Source: an uncultured virus (IMG/VR IMGVR_UViG_3300044984_001006) (lineage: Duplodnaviria; Heunggongvirae; Uroviricota; Caudoviricetes; Crassvirales). From it: a DNA stretch of 20,000 nucleotides. Below are positions 9,233-17,059 of this stretch, piece after piece. Numbering within the stretch: position 1 is the stretch's first letter; each line of letters opens with the position of its first letter. The position numbers were made by a program, and so were the translations under genes. The stretch lies in IMG/VR virus record IMGVR_UViG_3300044984_001006; one strand, 5' to 3'. The notes beneath the pieces are model-generated. The model saw only the letters and a program-made list of their open reading frames with translations. It was not told where the DNA came from and made no database searches.

Positions 9233-10162
9233 CTATAAAGTTGTTTTAATTGTTACACCTGGATATGGTTTCATTAATATTGATTCATGATAACCTGTTG
9301 TTTTATTATGCTCTGGAAAATTAGGGTATTGTGTTATTGTCGTAAAAGTATTTGTATCTGTATCTTTAACAAAAGATCCGTTAACCATTTTACCTGTACG
9401 CTTTTCAATTACTTGATATGCTGATACAACGCAATCTTCTACTTTTAATCCTTCTAATGCAGCTAAATTTGTTAATACAACCATCATATCACCAATAGCA
9501 TCTATAAATTCTTCTCTATCGCTTTTAAGAATTGCTCTTGCTAATTCACCTGCTTCTTCTTGTAATTTAACAAATTGTGTTTTAGCATCACCGTTTCTAT
9601 ATAATCCACGTTCATCGGCCCACTTTCTTATTAAATCATAAACGTTTGGTTGTTCCTTAACTTGCGGCATAAAAGCTTCTTCTATATGCTTAATAGGATT
9701 AAAATTATCGGCTACAGCTTCATGTAAGGCTTTATTATACACAAAGCATCTATTAGGATTGAACATTGAAACTTTTACGTTAGTCATTATCCATGCAATC
9801 AATTCTTTATTTAATAGATAATTACCAAAAGGTGTTTCAAAAGTTAATCCGATTGCATCTGTTAGTTGTCCTTTCAGCTTATTCACAGGGCATGGAAATG
9901 TTGTTGTTTGATCTGTTACATTTAATTTCATTTGATTTGATTTTTTAGATTTGTTAATTACTTTTTTATATGAATCTCGGTCTACCTTGTAGCCGTATAA
10001 ACGTTGAAGCTCTGATTCTCTCCTTGATATATAATCTATATCTTCGGATGCTTCCAGAACTTCGTATTCTCCAATCTTATAGCCTTGTGCTATAGTTACT
10101 CTCTTATTAAGATTACGTGTAACTCCTATTTTTTTAGTCGGAATATGATAAATGTAGAACAT
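9233..10162 (-). CDS. Fusion protein: GIY-YIG-like N-terminal domain, unknown middle domain, MazG nucleotide pyrophosphohydrolase
   Basis: N-term YIYHI..KKIGVTRNLNKR...RESELQ; C-term IRKWADERGL...QFVKLQEEAGELA...DAIGDMMVVL...AYQVIEKRTGKMVNGSFVKD, a typical phage MazG pattern. Confidence 0.8.
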   Translation of the reverse strand: MFYIYHIPTKKIGVTRNLNKRVTIAQGYKIGEYEVLEASEDIDYISRRESELQRLYGYKVDRDSYKKVINKSKKSNQMKLNVTDQTTTFPCPVNKLKGQLTDAIGLTFETPFGNYLLNKELIAWIMTNVKVSMFNPNRCFVYNKALHEAVADNFNPIKHIEEAFMPQVKEQPNVYDLIRKWADERGLYRNGDAKTQFVKLQEEAGELARAILKSDREEFIDAIGDMMVVLTNLAALEGLKVEDCVVSAYQVIEKRTGKMVNGSFVKDTDTNTFTTITQYPNFPEHNKTTGYHESILMKPYPGVTIKTTL

Positions 10163-10171
10163 AAATTTGAT

Positions 10172-10942
10172 TTAAACGGCTACTTTTGCAGTAATTACTG
10201 GGCCGTGGTTATAATTAATTAGTTTTAACTCATTTAAACTGTATCTGTAAGTTGGTAATGCAAATATCGGTTGTTGTAAATATTTATCAACAGACTCTAT
10301 TTGATTGTTGTAAATATGCGCATCAATTATTTGTATTTCTAATAAATTAGGTTTGTATTCTGTTAATGTACTTACATATAATAATATCTTTGTAAACAAT
10401 GCTACATCATACGGAATACCTAAAAACAAATCACCTGATCTTTGTAATACAAACATATTAAGTTTGTCATTTTCTACAAAGAATTGAAAATATAAATAAC
10501 AAGGTGGTAATCGCATTTCTTTAATTTGTGCAGGATTCCATAAACTAATAATATGTCTTCTACTATCTGGCGTTAATATTATACTTTGTATTAATAATTG
10601 CATTTGATCAATACCTTGGCCATTAAAGTCTCTCATCTGATAACCATATACAGGACCAAGATCTCCATTTTCATCTGCCCAAGCATCCCATATCTTTACG
10701 CCAGCTTCTTTAAATCGTTTTGTATTTGTTTCCCCATTCATAAACCATTCAAATTCTGTATCAAATGTTTTTTGAAACATCTTTCTACCTGTTATCAAAG
10801 GAAAATATTTTGAAACATCAACTTTTAAACTAGCATTGAATATTGATTTACTACCAACTCCAGTTCTATCAGCTCGTTTAGTACCTGTGAGAAGGCATTC
10901 TTGCAATAGATCTCGATATTGCTCTTCATATTGTTGTGTCAT
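10172..10942 (-). CDS. Thymidylate synthase homolog with Asn-to-Asp specificity change (putative dCMP methyl/hydroxymethyltransferase)
   Basis: DRTGVG, IWDAW, LGPVYG, SRR, LPPC, QRSGD, DAHIY and C-terminal VAV are retained, but PYD replaces PFN and PCY replaces PCH. The likely start is the ATG at 10942, just after the upstream stop; the ORF track gives 10957. Confidence 0.9.
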   Translation of the reverse strand: MTQQYEEQYRDLLQECLLTGTKRADRTGVGSKSIFNASLKVDVSKYFPLITGRKMFQKTFDTEFEWFMNGETNTKRFKEAGVKIWDAWADENGDLGPVYGYQMRDFNGQGIDQMQLLIQSIILTPDSRRHIISLWNPAQIKEMRLPPCYLYFQFFVENDKLNMFVLQRSGDLFLGIPYDVALFTKILLYVSTLTEYKPNLLEIQIIDAHIYNNQIESVDKYLQQPIFALPTYRYSLNELKLINYNHGPVITAKVAV

Positions 10943-10943
10943 A

Positions 10944-11285
10944 TTAGAATAGTTCATAATTAATTATTTGTTTAGGTTTTTCAATTTCTTCTTGAATTAC
11001 TTTTTTAGGTTCTACCTTCTTAATTACTTCTGCACCACTATATTTATCATAATAATAAGTATAGAATTTAAAAAGTTCTTTCCAGATTTCTACTTTTTTA
11101 TAATATAATGGACTTTGCGTTACTTTACTATTAGTTGTAATAGTAAGATACCATTCTGATGCACTTTTTGCTGTAGGTGAAACATATATTTTATTTTTTA
11201 TACACCAATTTTTAGCTTCTTGTTCTCTTGATGTAGGCGCATAATTACCCATATCAATTGCACCTTTTTTATTACCACTACCCAT
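10944..11285 (-). CDS. Hypothetical protein (113 aa)
   Basis: Operon-strand ORF translationally coupled (TAATG overlap) to the upstream gene. Confidence 0.75.
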   Translation of the reverse strand: MGSGNKKGAIDMGNYAPTSREQEAKNWCIKNKIYVSPTAKSASEWYLTITTNSKVTQSPLYYKKVEIWKELFKFYTYYYDKYSGAEVIKKVEPKKVIQEEIEKPKQIINYELF

Positions 11286-11524
11286 TATAAACCTTTTTCT
11301 TTTTTAAATATTTTTGACAATTGTCTTGTTGTTACTTTTTTGTTACTTTCCCAATCTGTTGAATCACTCCAAACATTAGTATTACCCATTCTAAAATAAT
11401 TATCATCAGCCCATTCTAAAAATTCAATAGCATAATCATCCGCTATAGCTTCTAATTGAACTTCTCTTATTTGCAACCATGGATTAGTGTCTAACCATTG
11501 CTTAAACTTTTCTTTTAGTGTCAT
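11285..11524 (-). CDS. Hypothetical protein (79 aa), IFKKEKGL-ending family
   Basis: Shares IEF.E and C-terminal IFKKEKGL with 17056-17277. Confidence 0.75.
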   Translation of the reverse strand: MTLKEKFKQWLDTNPWLQIREVQLEAIADDYAIEFLEWADDNYFRMGNTNVWSDSTDWESNKKVTTRQLSKIFKKEKGL

Positions 11525-11534
11525 AATTATAGTT

Positions 11535-13262
11535 TTAAATTTCCCAAGGCATTTTATCGTTAGAAGTATCTATTGGTATATGAGGAATAAAGCAACCACT
11601 TTGACTTTCCCATTTAAAATGACATTCAGCACCATTCTCTCCAAGGTTCTGAAACTTACATTTTAATACTTTAACCTTAACGGTTTTATCTTCATAGTTT
11701 CTATGAACTAATAAACCATGATAAGAAGCATCATACCATTCACCACCACCTTTAATATTATACATAGTAGGTTCTTCAATATTACCTTTTGTATCTTTAT
11801 ACATTTTTGTAGGGTGAGCTACAATCATAACAAGTACATCATACTTTTTAGCAAAGATTTCAATCTTACTTAAGTATTCTAATGTATAAACATTAACATC
11901 ACCAGAAGCATCGTTATCTCTTACTTTATTAAATGGATCAATAACTAAACATTTGATTCCTTTGCGTTTAACAAGCTCTGCTCCTTTTCTAAGGACTGAA
12001 TCTAATGTATAACGTTCCATATCAATGAAAAAATAATTGTCATTAACATGATCAGCTATTTGATTCCACTTTTCAGTTTTAATATCTGCTACAGTAGGCA
12101 TACCTTGCCACGTTTTACGCATTAACTTGTGAGCATGCAAATATGTTGGTGTATTTTCAGGTGAAGCATAAGCTGTTTTCCAACCATACTTTTCATTGTA
12201 ACCAACAACCATTTGATCTACAAAATCAGACTTACCAGAAGACGGTATACCGGTAACAGTAATGAATTGACCAGTGTACGTAGAAAAAATATTATCAAAA
12301 TTATCCAAGCCAACTTGGAACCCAGGTTTGAATCCGTTTCGAACAAAGTCCGTAACTTCATCTTCAATATCTCTAAAAGTTGTAACATTTTCTAAAGGAA
12401 CAGGTTTAGATCTTGAAATTCTTTGTGATAAAGCTTCAGGACCGTATTTAAGTAAATATTCATTTGCATCTTTGCAATCTTCAAACGATGCGATATAACA
12501 GATTTCAGAACCTAATCTTCTAACTAGTTCTGTTTGTAATGCTTGACCAGCAGGATCAGAATCAACCGCAATAATGATTCTTTCTTTGTCATCAAAATAA
12601 TCAATACAGTTATCTAAGTACTCAAGATTGTTTGTACCTAACGTTGCTCCATTTGGAACAGATATTGCATTAGTGATTCCTGCTTCATGTAATGCAAGGA
12701 CATCCATTTCGCCTTCAACAATAACACAGTACTCATAACCAACAATACTATTAATATTATAAAAAACTTTTTCAGCACCTTTGTATAATTTAAAATTCTT
12801 TTTGCCGTCTCGGTATTTTATATTGATAAGTTGATCGCCAACAAAGTAATTGAAATGTATAGCATTTTCAGTTTTGCCAGTTTGTGGCATAAATTCTTGG
12901 CCTTCTGATATTCTTAATTCTTGTAATGTTGTTTGTGATATACCTCGATCATTAAACCACTTTAATACTTTTTCATTGTATGGATAATCTAATCCGGAAT
13001 CAATGACGGCATCTCTTTCAGGTTTAACATATACTTTTTCACTTTTACCTTTGCGTTGATAAGTATGAAGTTGAAATGTTTTAGAACAGTTATGACAAGT
13101 ACCAATACCTCGTTCCCAATCATAAGAAGCACATTTTGCTTTTTCATTTTTAGGCTTTCTATCAGGTGAACACAACGGACAAATACCTTGCGACTTTCCT
13201 TCTTCAAGCTTGTATTGATTGAATTGGTCAATCAAGAAACCATTTATCTCAGTTGTTTGCAT
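11535..13262 (-). CDS. Bifunctional DNA primase-helicase (T7 gp4/Twinkle-like)
   Basis: Zn finger CPLC...CHNC; TOPRIM IVEGEMD and DSDPAG, KDANE; SF4 helicase Walker A GIPSSGKS, LVIDP, VAHP. Confidence 0.92.
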   Translation of the reverse strand: MQTTEINGFLIDQFNQYKLEEGKSQGICPLCSPDRKPKNEKAKCASYDWERGIGTCHNCSKTFQLHTYQRKGKSEKVYVKPERDAVIDSGLDYPYNEKVLKWFNDRGISQTTLQELRISEGQEFMPQTGKTENAIHFNYFVGDQLINIKYRDGKKNFKLYKGAEKVFYNINSIVGYEYCVIVEGEMDVLALHEAGITNAISVPNGATLGTNNLEYLDNCIDYFDDKERIIIAVDSDPAGQALQTELVRRLGSEICYIASFEDCKDANEYLLKYGPEALSQRISRSKPVPLENVTTFRDIEDEVTDFVRNGFKPGFQVGLDNFDNIFSTYTGQFITVTGIPSSGKSDFVDQMVVGYNEKYGWKTAYASPENTPTYLHAHKLMRKTWQGMPTVADIKTEKWNQIADHVNDNYFFIDMERYTLDSVLRKGAELVKRKGIKCLVIDPFNKVRDNDASGDVNVYTLEYLSKIEIFAKKYDVLVMIVAHPTKMYKDTKGNIEEPTMYNIKGGGEWYDASYHGLLVHRNYEDKTVKVKVLKCKFQNLGENGAECHFKWESQSGCFIPHIPIDTSNDKMPWEI

Positions 13263-13298
13263 TTAGTATTTAATTTGATTGTTAATAATTATAGATAG

Positions 13299-13321
13299 AA
13301 AAACCCCAACTTGTGGGGTTT
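13299..13321 (-). terminator. Intrinsic terminator upstream of the primase-helicase
   Basis: Minus strand AAACCCCA-CAAGT-TGGGGTTTTT, with a GC stem and U tract. Confidence 0.7.
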
Positions 13322-13337
13322 AACTAACTAAAGCGTG

Positions 13338-13485
13338 TTAGTGGGCGATGGTTCAAAAACCGTCACAGCCTATTAAGATCGATTCTTTTTTGTAACCTCT
13401 GCAGTGGTGTCGATCAACGCCGCTTATTATAAAGCTGTCCAGACTAGATCCTGCTTTCGCTACCTAGAGTTCGTCCTACTTTATA
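13338..13485. ncRNA. Candidate structured non-coding element (unknown family)
   Basis: GC-richer intergenic segment with three hand-identified helices, a GC-GAAA-GC tetraloop and a potential loop pairing GATCGAT/GTCGATC; see findings. Confidence 0.5.
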
Positions 13486-13487
13486 CT

Positions 13488-13802
13488 TTAAAATGGTAAA
13501 TCATCTTCTGGTGCTGCTGGTGGTGCATATTGTTGTGCTCCTCCAGCATCTGTTCTTGGTGCTGCTGCTACGTTTGTGCCATCAGTCCATACAATTTTTA
13601 CATTACCTAAGTAAACTTTTGGTGCTTTACTTTCTCTTTCTTCTTTTGATTGTTCTACAATCATTGGTCCTTGATTACCGAATTGATCAGGATCATTGTT
13701 TAATGTAATTGTGATGGGCAGGTATTTTCCTTTCTTGCCCTCGATGATCTTGTGTTTTGGGATTTCATTTAAGTTGATGCTACATTTTATAATAGAAGCC
13801 AT
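13488..13802 (-). CDS. ssb: Single-stranded DNA-binding protein (phage type)
   Basis: 104 aa beta-rich core, Pro/Ala/Gly linker and acidic DDLPF tail; adjacent to the primase-helicase. Confidence 0.75.
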   Translation of the reverse strand: MASIIKCSINLNEIPKHKIIEGKKGKYLPITITLNNDPDQFGNQGPMIVEQSKEERESKAPKVYLGNVKIVWTDGTNVAAAPRTDAGGAQQYAPPAAPEDDLPF

Positions 13803-13814
13803 ATTTTTTTTGTT

Positions 13815-14357
13815 TTAGTTAATAATTTTATTTGATTTAATTTGATTTTCATTTGCCCATAAGGGTTGTAAATTTGAATAACAGCATAATTTAATTATAT
13901 CTTCTTCATTTTTTGCACTATCTAATGGTATTATATGATCTAAATGCCACTTGCCGTGGTTTTCCCAATTCATTCCTTCTTTAAATAGTGATTCTAAATA
14001 TACTTTAAAATTTTCATAAGAACATCCTATAATTTCTTCTGTACTTTTATTTTTTAAAAACTTTTTAGATTTTAGAAAATAATATATTCTGGTTCTAAGT
14101 ATGTTTTTTAATTTATACAATGGATTATTTCTTCTTCTATTTTTAGAGTATTCATTAATTTTAATTCTATTTTTAACTCTATACTTTTTAGAATATTCAT
14201 TTTGCTGTTTTCTTATTTTTTCTTTATTCTTTTCGTAGTATTCTTTTTGTAATACTCTAACATTACTTTTGTTACTTTTATAATATTCCTTATTATAGGA
14301 AAGCATATACTCTTTCATATATGCCTTCCTTTTTTCTTTACGTTCTTCTATAGTCAT
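13815..14357 (-). CDS. HNH endonuclease (homing-endonuclease-like) with Lys/Tyr-rich repetitive N-terminus
   Basis: GMNWENHGKWHLDHIIPL...YSNLQPLWANENQIKSNK; N-terminal KEYY-type repeats; very AT-rich. Confidence 0.85.
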   Translation of the reverse strand: MTIEERKEKRKAYMKEYMLSYNKEYYKSNKSNVRVLQKEYYEKNKEKIRKQQNEYSKKYRVKNRIKINEYSKNRRRNNPLYKLKNILRTRIYYFLKSKKFLKNKSTEEIIGCSYENFKVYLESLFKEGMNWENHGKWHLDHIIPLDSAKNEEDIIKLCCYSNLQPLWANENQIKSNKIIN

Positions 14358-14387
14358 AACTAAATTATTTATATATTGTTATGCTTT

Positions 14388-14399
14388 TATAATTACGTA
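14388..14399 (-). promoter_or_regulatory. Putative phage promoter/regulatory motif TACGTAATTATA (copy 1)
   Basis: Identical 12-mer at 16096-16107; both copies are intergenic, ~30 nt upstream of a start codon, same orientation. Confidence 0.55.
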
Positions 14400-14404
14400 A
14401 ATTT

Positions 14405-14569
14405 TTAAAGTTTTAAATTTTCTTTTATAAAATTAATTAAATTATCCATTGTTTCAAAAACAAATGGTACTGGTTTAGCTTTACCACTTAGATCTATATA
14501 ATTTGTATTTACACTAACTATATATCCATTCTTAGCAGTTTCAACTGATAAGTTATAAACGTTTTCCAT
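14405..14569 (-). CDS. Small hypothetical protein (54 aa; not in ORF track)
   Basis: Hand translation MENVYNLSVETAKNGYIVSVNTNYIDLSGKAKPVPFVFETMDNLINFIKENLKL*; starts 2 nt after the upstream stop. Confidence 0.7.
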   Translation of the reverse strand: MENVYNLSVETAKNGYIVSVNTNYIDLSGKAKPVPFVFETMDNLINFIKENLKL

Positions 14570-14571
14570 AA

Positions 14572-14757
14572 CTATTTTGTTTTTACAGTATCTACCTTTG
14601 TTGTGTCTAATTGTGTTGAATCAACTACTGTTGAATCTGTACTCATTGAGTCAGCTGCTTTGACTGTGTCTGTTGCTGGTGCTGTTTCTGTTTTCTTGTC
14701 ATTACAAGATACTAATAACGTTGTTACTGTTGCTAATGTTAAAATTACTTTTTTCAT
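14572..14757 (-). CDS. Small lipoprotein with Asp-Ser/Thr-rich tail
   Basis: MKK, hydrophobic stretch, lipobox LVSC; mature part contains DTV/DSM/DST/DST/DTT/DTV. Confidence 0.8.
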   Translation of the reverse strand: MKKVILTLATVTTLLVSCNDKKTETAPATDTVKAADSMSTDSTVVDSTQLDTTKVDTVKTK

Positions 14758-14761
14758 GGTT

Positions 14762-15502
14762 TTAAAGGGTTTCGGTTATACAATAATTTTTAATATCAAA
14801 ATTCTCTGTTTTGTGGAATAATCTGTAAGCTTCCACTGCTCGTTCTACTTTGTCTTTACCTGATTCTAAAAATTGTGGTGAACAATCGTAAATACCAATC
14901 TTTCTAGACTTCTTATCAACAGCTATAAATACCATATCCATATTAAAATATGTAGAATAAATATATGCTTGACTATCATAATTATATTCTTTTGCTGAAT
15001 ATCTAAACTTGTCAATATCAGATGTCGTCTTTAGATCTACTACTAATGATTGCGTATTATTTTTAATATCTGCTTTTAATTTCCACCATTCGCCACTAAG
15101 ATTTAATACTCCTGGTACTTCATATTCAACATCTATGTCTCGTATAAGATCACGTGCTATTTTGTTTTCCATAACAGTATCTCTCAATAATTGTATACTA
15201 TCAGCTTCATGTTGCAACAAACACATTTCACCTTCAGACAATTCTTTATACTTTGAGGTATTTCTAGTTGATGCATCGATAATCTTTATACGTTCTAGTT
15301 TATCAGGTTCAAGTATTAATGTATGAAAATAACTACCTATTATTAAATTAGGATTGTTTGTGATTGGTTGATTAAAAGATAATGGATCTTTTAACAAAGA
15401 CCTTATGTTTGAATTTGATAAGAACTTTTTACCAAACTCTCCATAATAGTCTTCGTCATTCTCCAGCCTTTTTAATGTTGCTTTTATTTCTTTTTCTGTC
15501 AT
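14762..15502 (-). CDS. PD-(D/E)XK exonuclease, RecE/exonuclease VIII (DUF3799)-like
   Basis: LSNSNIRSLL, IGSYFHTLILEP, KADI, VDLKTT, YDSQAYIY; adjacent to ERF. Confidence 0.8.
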   Translation of the reverse strand: MTEKEIKATLKRLENDEDYYGEFGKKFLSNSNIRSLLKDPLSFNQPITNNPNLIIGSYFHTLILEPDKLERIKIIDASTRNTSKYKELSEGEMCLLQHEADSIQLLRDTVMENKIARDLIRDIDVEYEVPGVLNLSGEWWKLKADIKNNTQSLVVDLKTTSDIDKFRYSAKEYNYDSQAYIYSTYFNMDMVFIAVDKKSRKIGIYDCSPQFLESGKDKVERAVEAYRLFHKTENFDIKNYCITETL

Positions 15503-16062
15503 AGAGTTGCTAAGATTTCAGGTGATACATCATATTTAGTTTTGATAGCATCTAAACTACCACCTTTCTCTAAATATTCTTTTGCTTTAACTAAAGCTTC
15601 GCCTTCTAATTTAGGTTTTGCTGCAGCAGGTTTCTTTGTGTTATGCTCGTTTGTAGCATCTGCATCTTGTGTATCATCAATCAATAATAAATTACCAAGT
15701 GCATACTTTTTACCATAACTAGATGCTGATCCAAACTTTTGTGGCATCTGCATACCTTTTTGTTCTAAGTCAACTCCTACAATTGCTGATGCTGAAATTC
15801 TACTTAAATTGTCAGAAATAGAAGCAGTAGTTTCTATAATAGGAAATGGTGAATTAGCTTCATAAAGTAATGTCTCAGATACTACAACAGATACACCAAG
15901 CTCAAGCAAGTACGGTTTGATTGCTTCTAATATATCTTCAGCAGATCTAAAATTATACTTACCAAAAGAATTAAACCTAGACTTTTTAGATTTAAACTTG
16001 GTTTGTATTGTGGCTAACTTTTCATTTAGTGTTAACTCTTTTTCATTCGTTTTTGTTGCCAT
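15499..16062 (-). CDS. ERF-family single-strand annealing protein
   Basis: K...NSFGKYNFRSAEDILEAIKP and QKFGSASSYGKKYALGNLLLIDD..DAD, the ERF signature. Confidence 0.88.
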   Translation of the reverse strand: MATKTNEKELTLNEKLATIQTKFKSKKSRFNSFGKYNFRSAEDILEAIKPYLLELGVSVVVSETLLYEANSPFPIIETTASISDNLSRISASAIVGVDLEQKGMQMPQKFGSASSYGKKYALGNLLLIDDTQDADATNEHNTKKPAAAKPKLEGEALVKAKEYLEKGGSLDAIKTKYDVSPEILATL

Positions 16063-16095
16063 ATAATTTGATTTAATTGTTAATGTTCTTATTAA

Positions 16096-16107
16096 TATAA
16101 TTACGTA
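16096..16107 (-). promoter_or_regulatory. Putative phage promoter/regulatory motif TACGTAATTATA (copy 2)
   Basis: Identical to 14388-14399; lies between the sigma gene and ERF. Confidence 0.55.
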
Positions 16108-16142
16108 TTTTTATTATTTTTTAGTCATTTATTGAATTTAAC

Positions 16143-16901
16143 TTAAAGAAAATCAAGTACTTGTGAGGAATCTACATTATTAATTAATTTAGCGATTGCT
16201 TGCTTTTTTAACTCGTAAACTCTTACATAAGAACTTTTACCTTGGAAGTTTAACTTCTCTGCAATTGCTACAGCGGAATGTTTATCACAATCTAAACCAT
16301 AGCTTAATCGGAGCACATCGTATTCTTCTTGATTCAAATGTCTTTTTAATAATGAAGTAAGATAAGCATTCATAATACATATATTATACGGTTCAGATTC
16401 ATCTTTAACTTGGTATAACATATTCTCTTCGTCTTCATCATTAAACTGTTCGTCGATGCTTAGAAATATAGAATTGAAAAACATTGCAACCATTTCTTTG
16501 TTCTGGCCATTATCTTTTCTAATTTCAATTAACTTATGCTCTGGAAGTTTAATATTGCCTCTATTAATATCTAAAGCTCTTCTAATTGAGCCTTTAATTC
16601 TTTTTGATAAGAATGACTTTAACGTTTTTTCTATGTCCTTAGAATCGTTTAATTGTGCCCAATCTAATCTATTGACTGCTTGTATTAATCCATAACTTCC
16701 TTCCTGTATTAAATCTGTAATATCTAATACACCTGCTGCTTGTTGTGATGTTGAGAATTTTCTAGATATGTTTTCAACTAATGGTAAAAACTTGTTAATC
16801 AATTCATCTCGTGTATATTCACTCCATGCTCTATTAATCGGTTGCCCAACAATAACATCTTTTTTATATCTTAAATAATTTTGTAAATTGTAGCTTTTCA
16901 T
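16143..16901 (-). CDS. Phage-encoded sigma70-family RNA polymerase sigma factor
   Basis: Region 2: LINKFLPLVENISRKF...DLIQEGSYGLIQAVNR...RIKGSIRRAL; region 4: LNQEEYDVLRLSYGLD...IAEKL...VRVYELKKQAIAKL. Confidence 0.88.
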   Translation of the reverse strand: MKSYNLQNYLRYKKDVIVGQPINRAWSEYTRDELINKFLPLVENISRKFSTSQQAAGVLDITDLIQEGSYGLIQAVNRLDWAQLNDSKDIEKTLKSFLSKRIKGSIRRALDINRGNIKLPEHKLIEIRKDNGQNKEMVAMFFNSIFLSIDEQFNDEDEENMLYQVKDESEPYNICIMNAYLTSLLKRHLNQEEYDVLRLSYGLDCDKHSAVAIAEKLNFQGKSSYVRVYELKKQAIAKLINNVDSSQVLDFL

Positions 16902-16903
16902 AT

Positions 16904-17059
16904 TTATTCTTTATAGTTATAGTATGTTGCAAAACTTTCGTAATCATTATTACAGCCTTCGCATAAAAGATCTTCTGTAAAACCTTCTGTTATTACAGAA
17001 TAACATCCATTGCATAGTGTTGCACCTATTCCGTTATTAAATTTATGTATTGGTGTCAT
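16904..17059 (-). CDS. Small zinc-finger-like protein (51 aa; not in ORF track)
   Basis: Hand translation MTPIHKFNNGIGATLCNGCYSVITEGFTEDLLCEGCNNDYESFATYYNYKE*; two CxxC motifs; ATGA overlap with the upstream stop. Confidence 0.72.
   Translation of the reverse strand: MTPIHKFNNGIGATLCNGCYSVITEGFTEDLLCEGCNNDYESFATYYNYKE

Noticed and set aside
6110..13262. Introns or inteins in nrdJ, the TS homolog or the primase-helicase
   Set aside because: All three are uninterrupted and of normal length.
13338..13485. Assignment of the intergenic element to tRNA, hammerhead, pistol, twister, SRP or c-di-GMP-I riboswitch
   Set aside because: Only short fragments resemble these (GGACGAA, UAAGCG, GCAGAGGUUAC). 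Required cores such as CUGAUGA or a cloverleaf with T-loop are absent.
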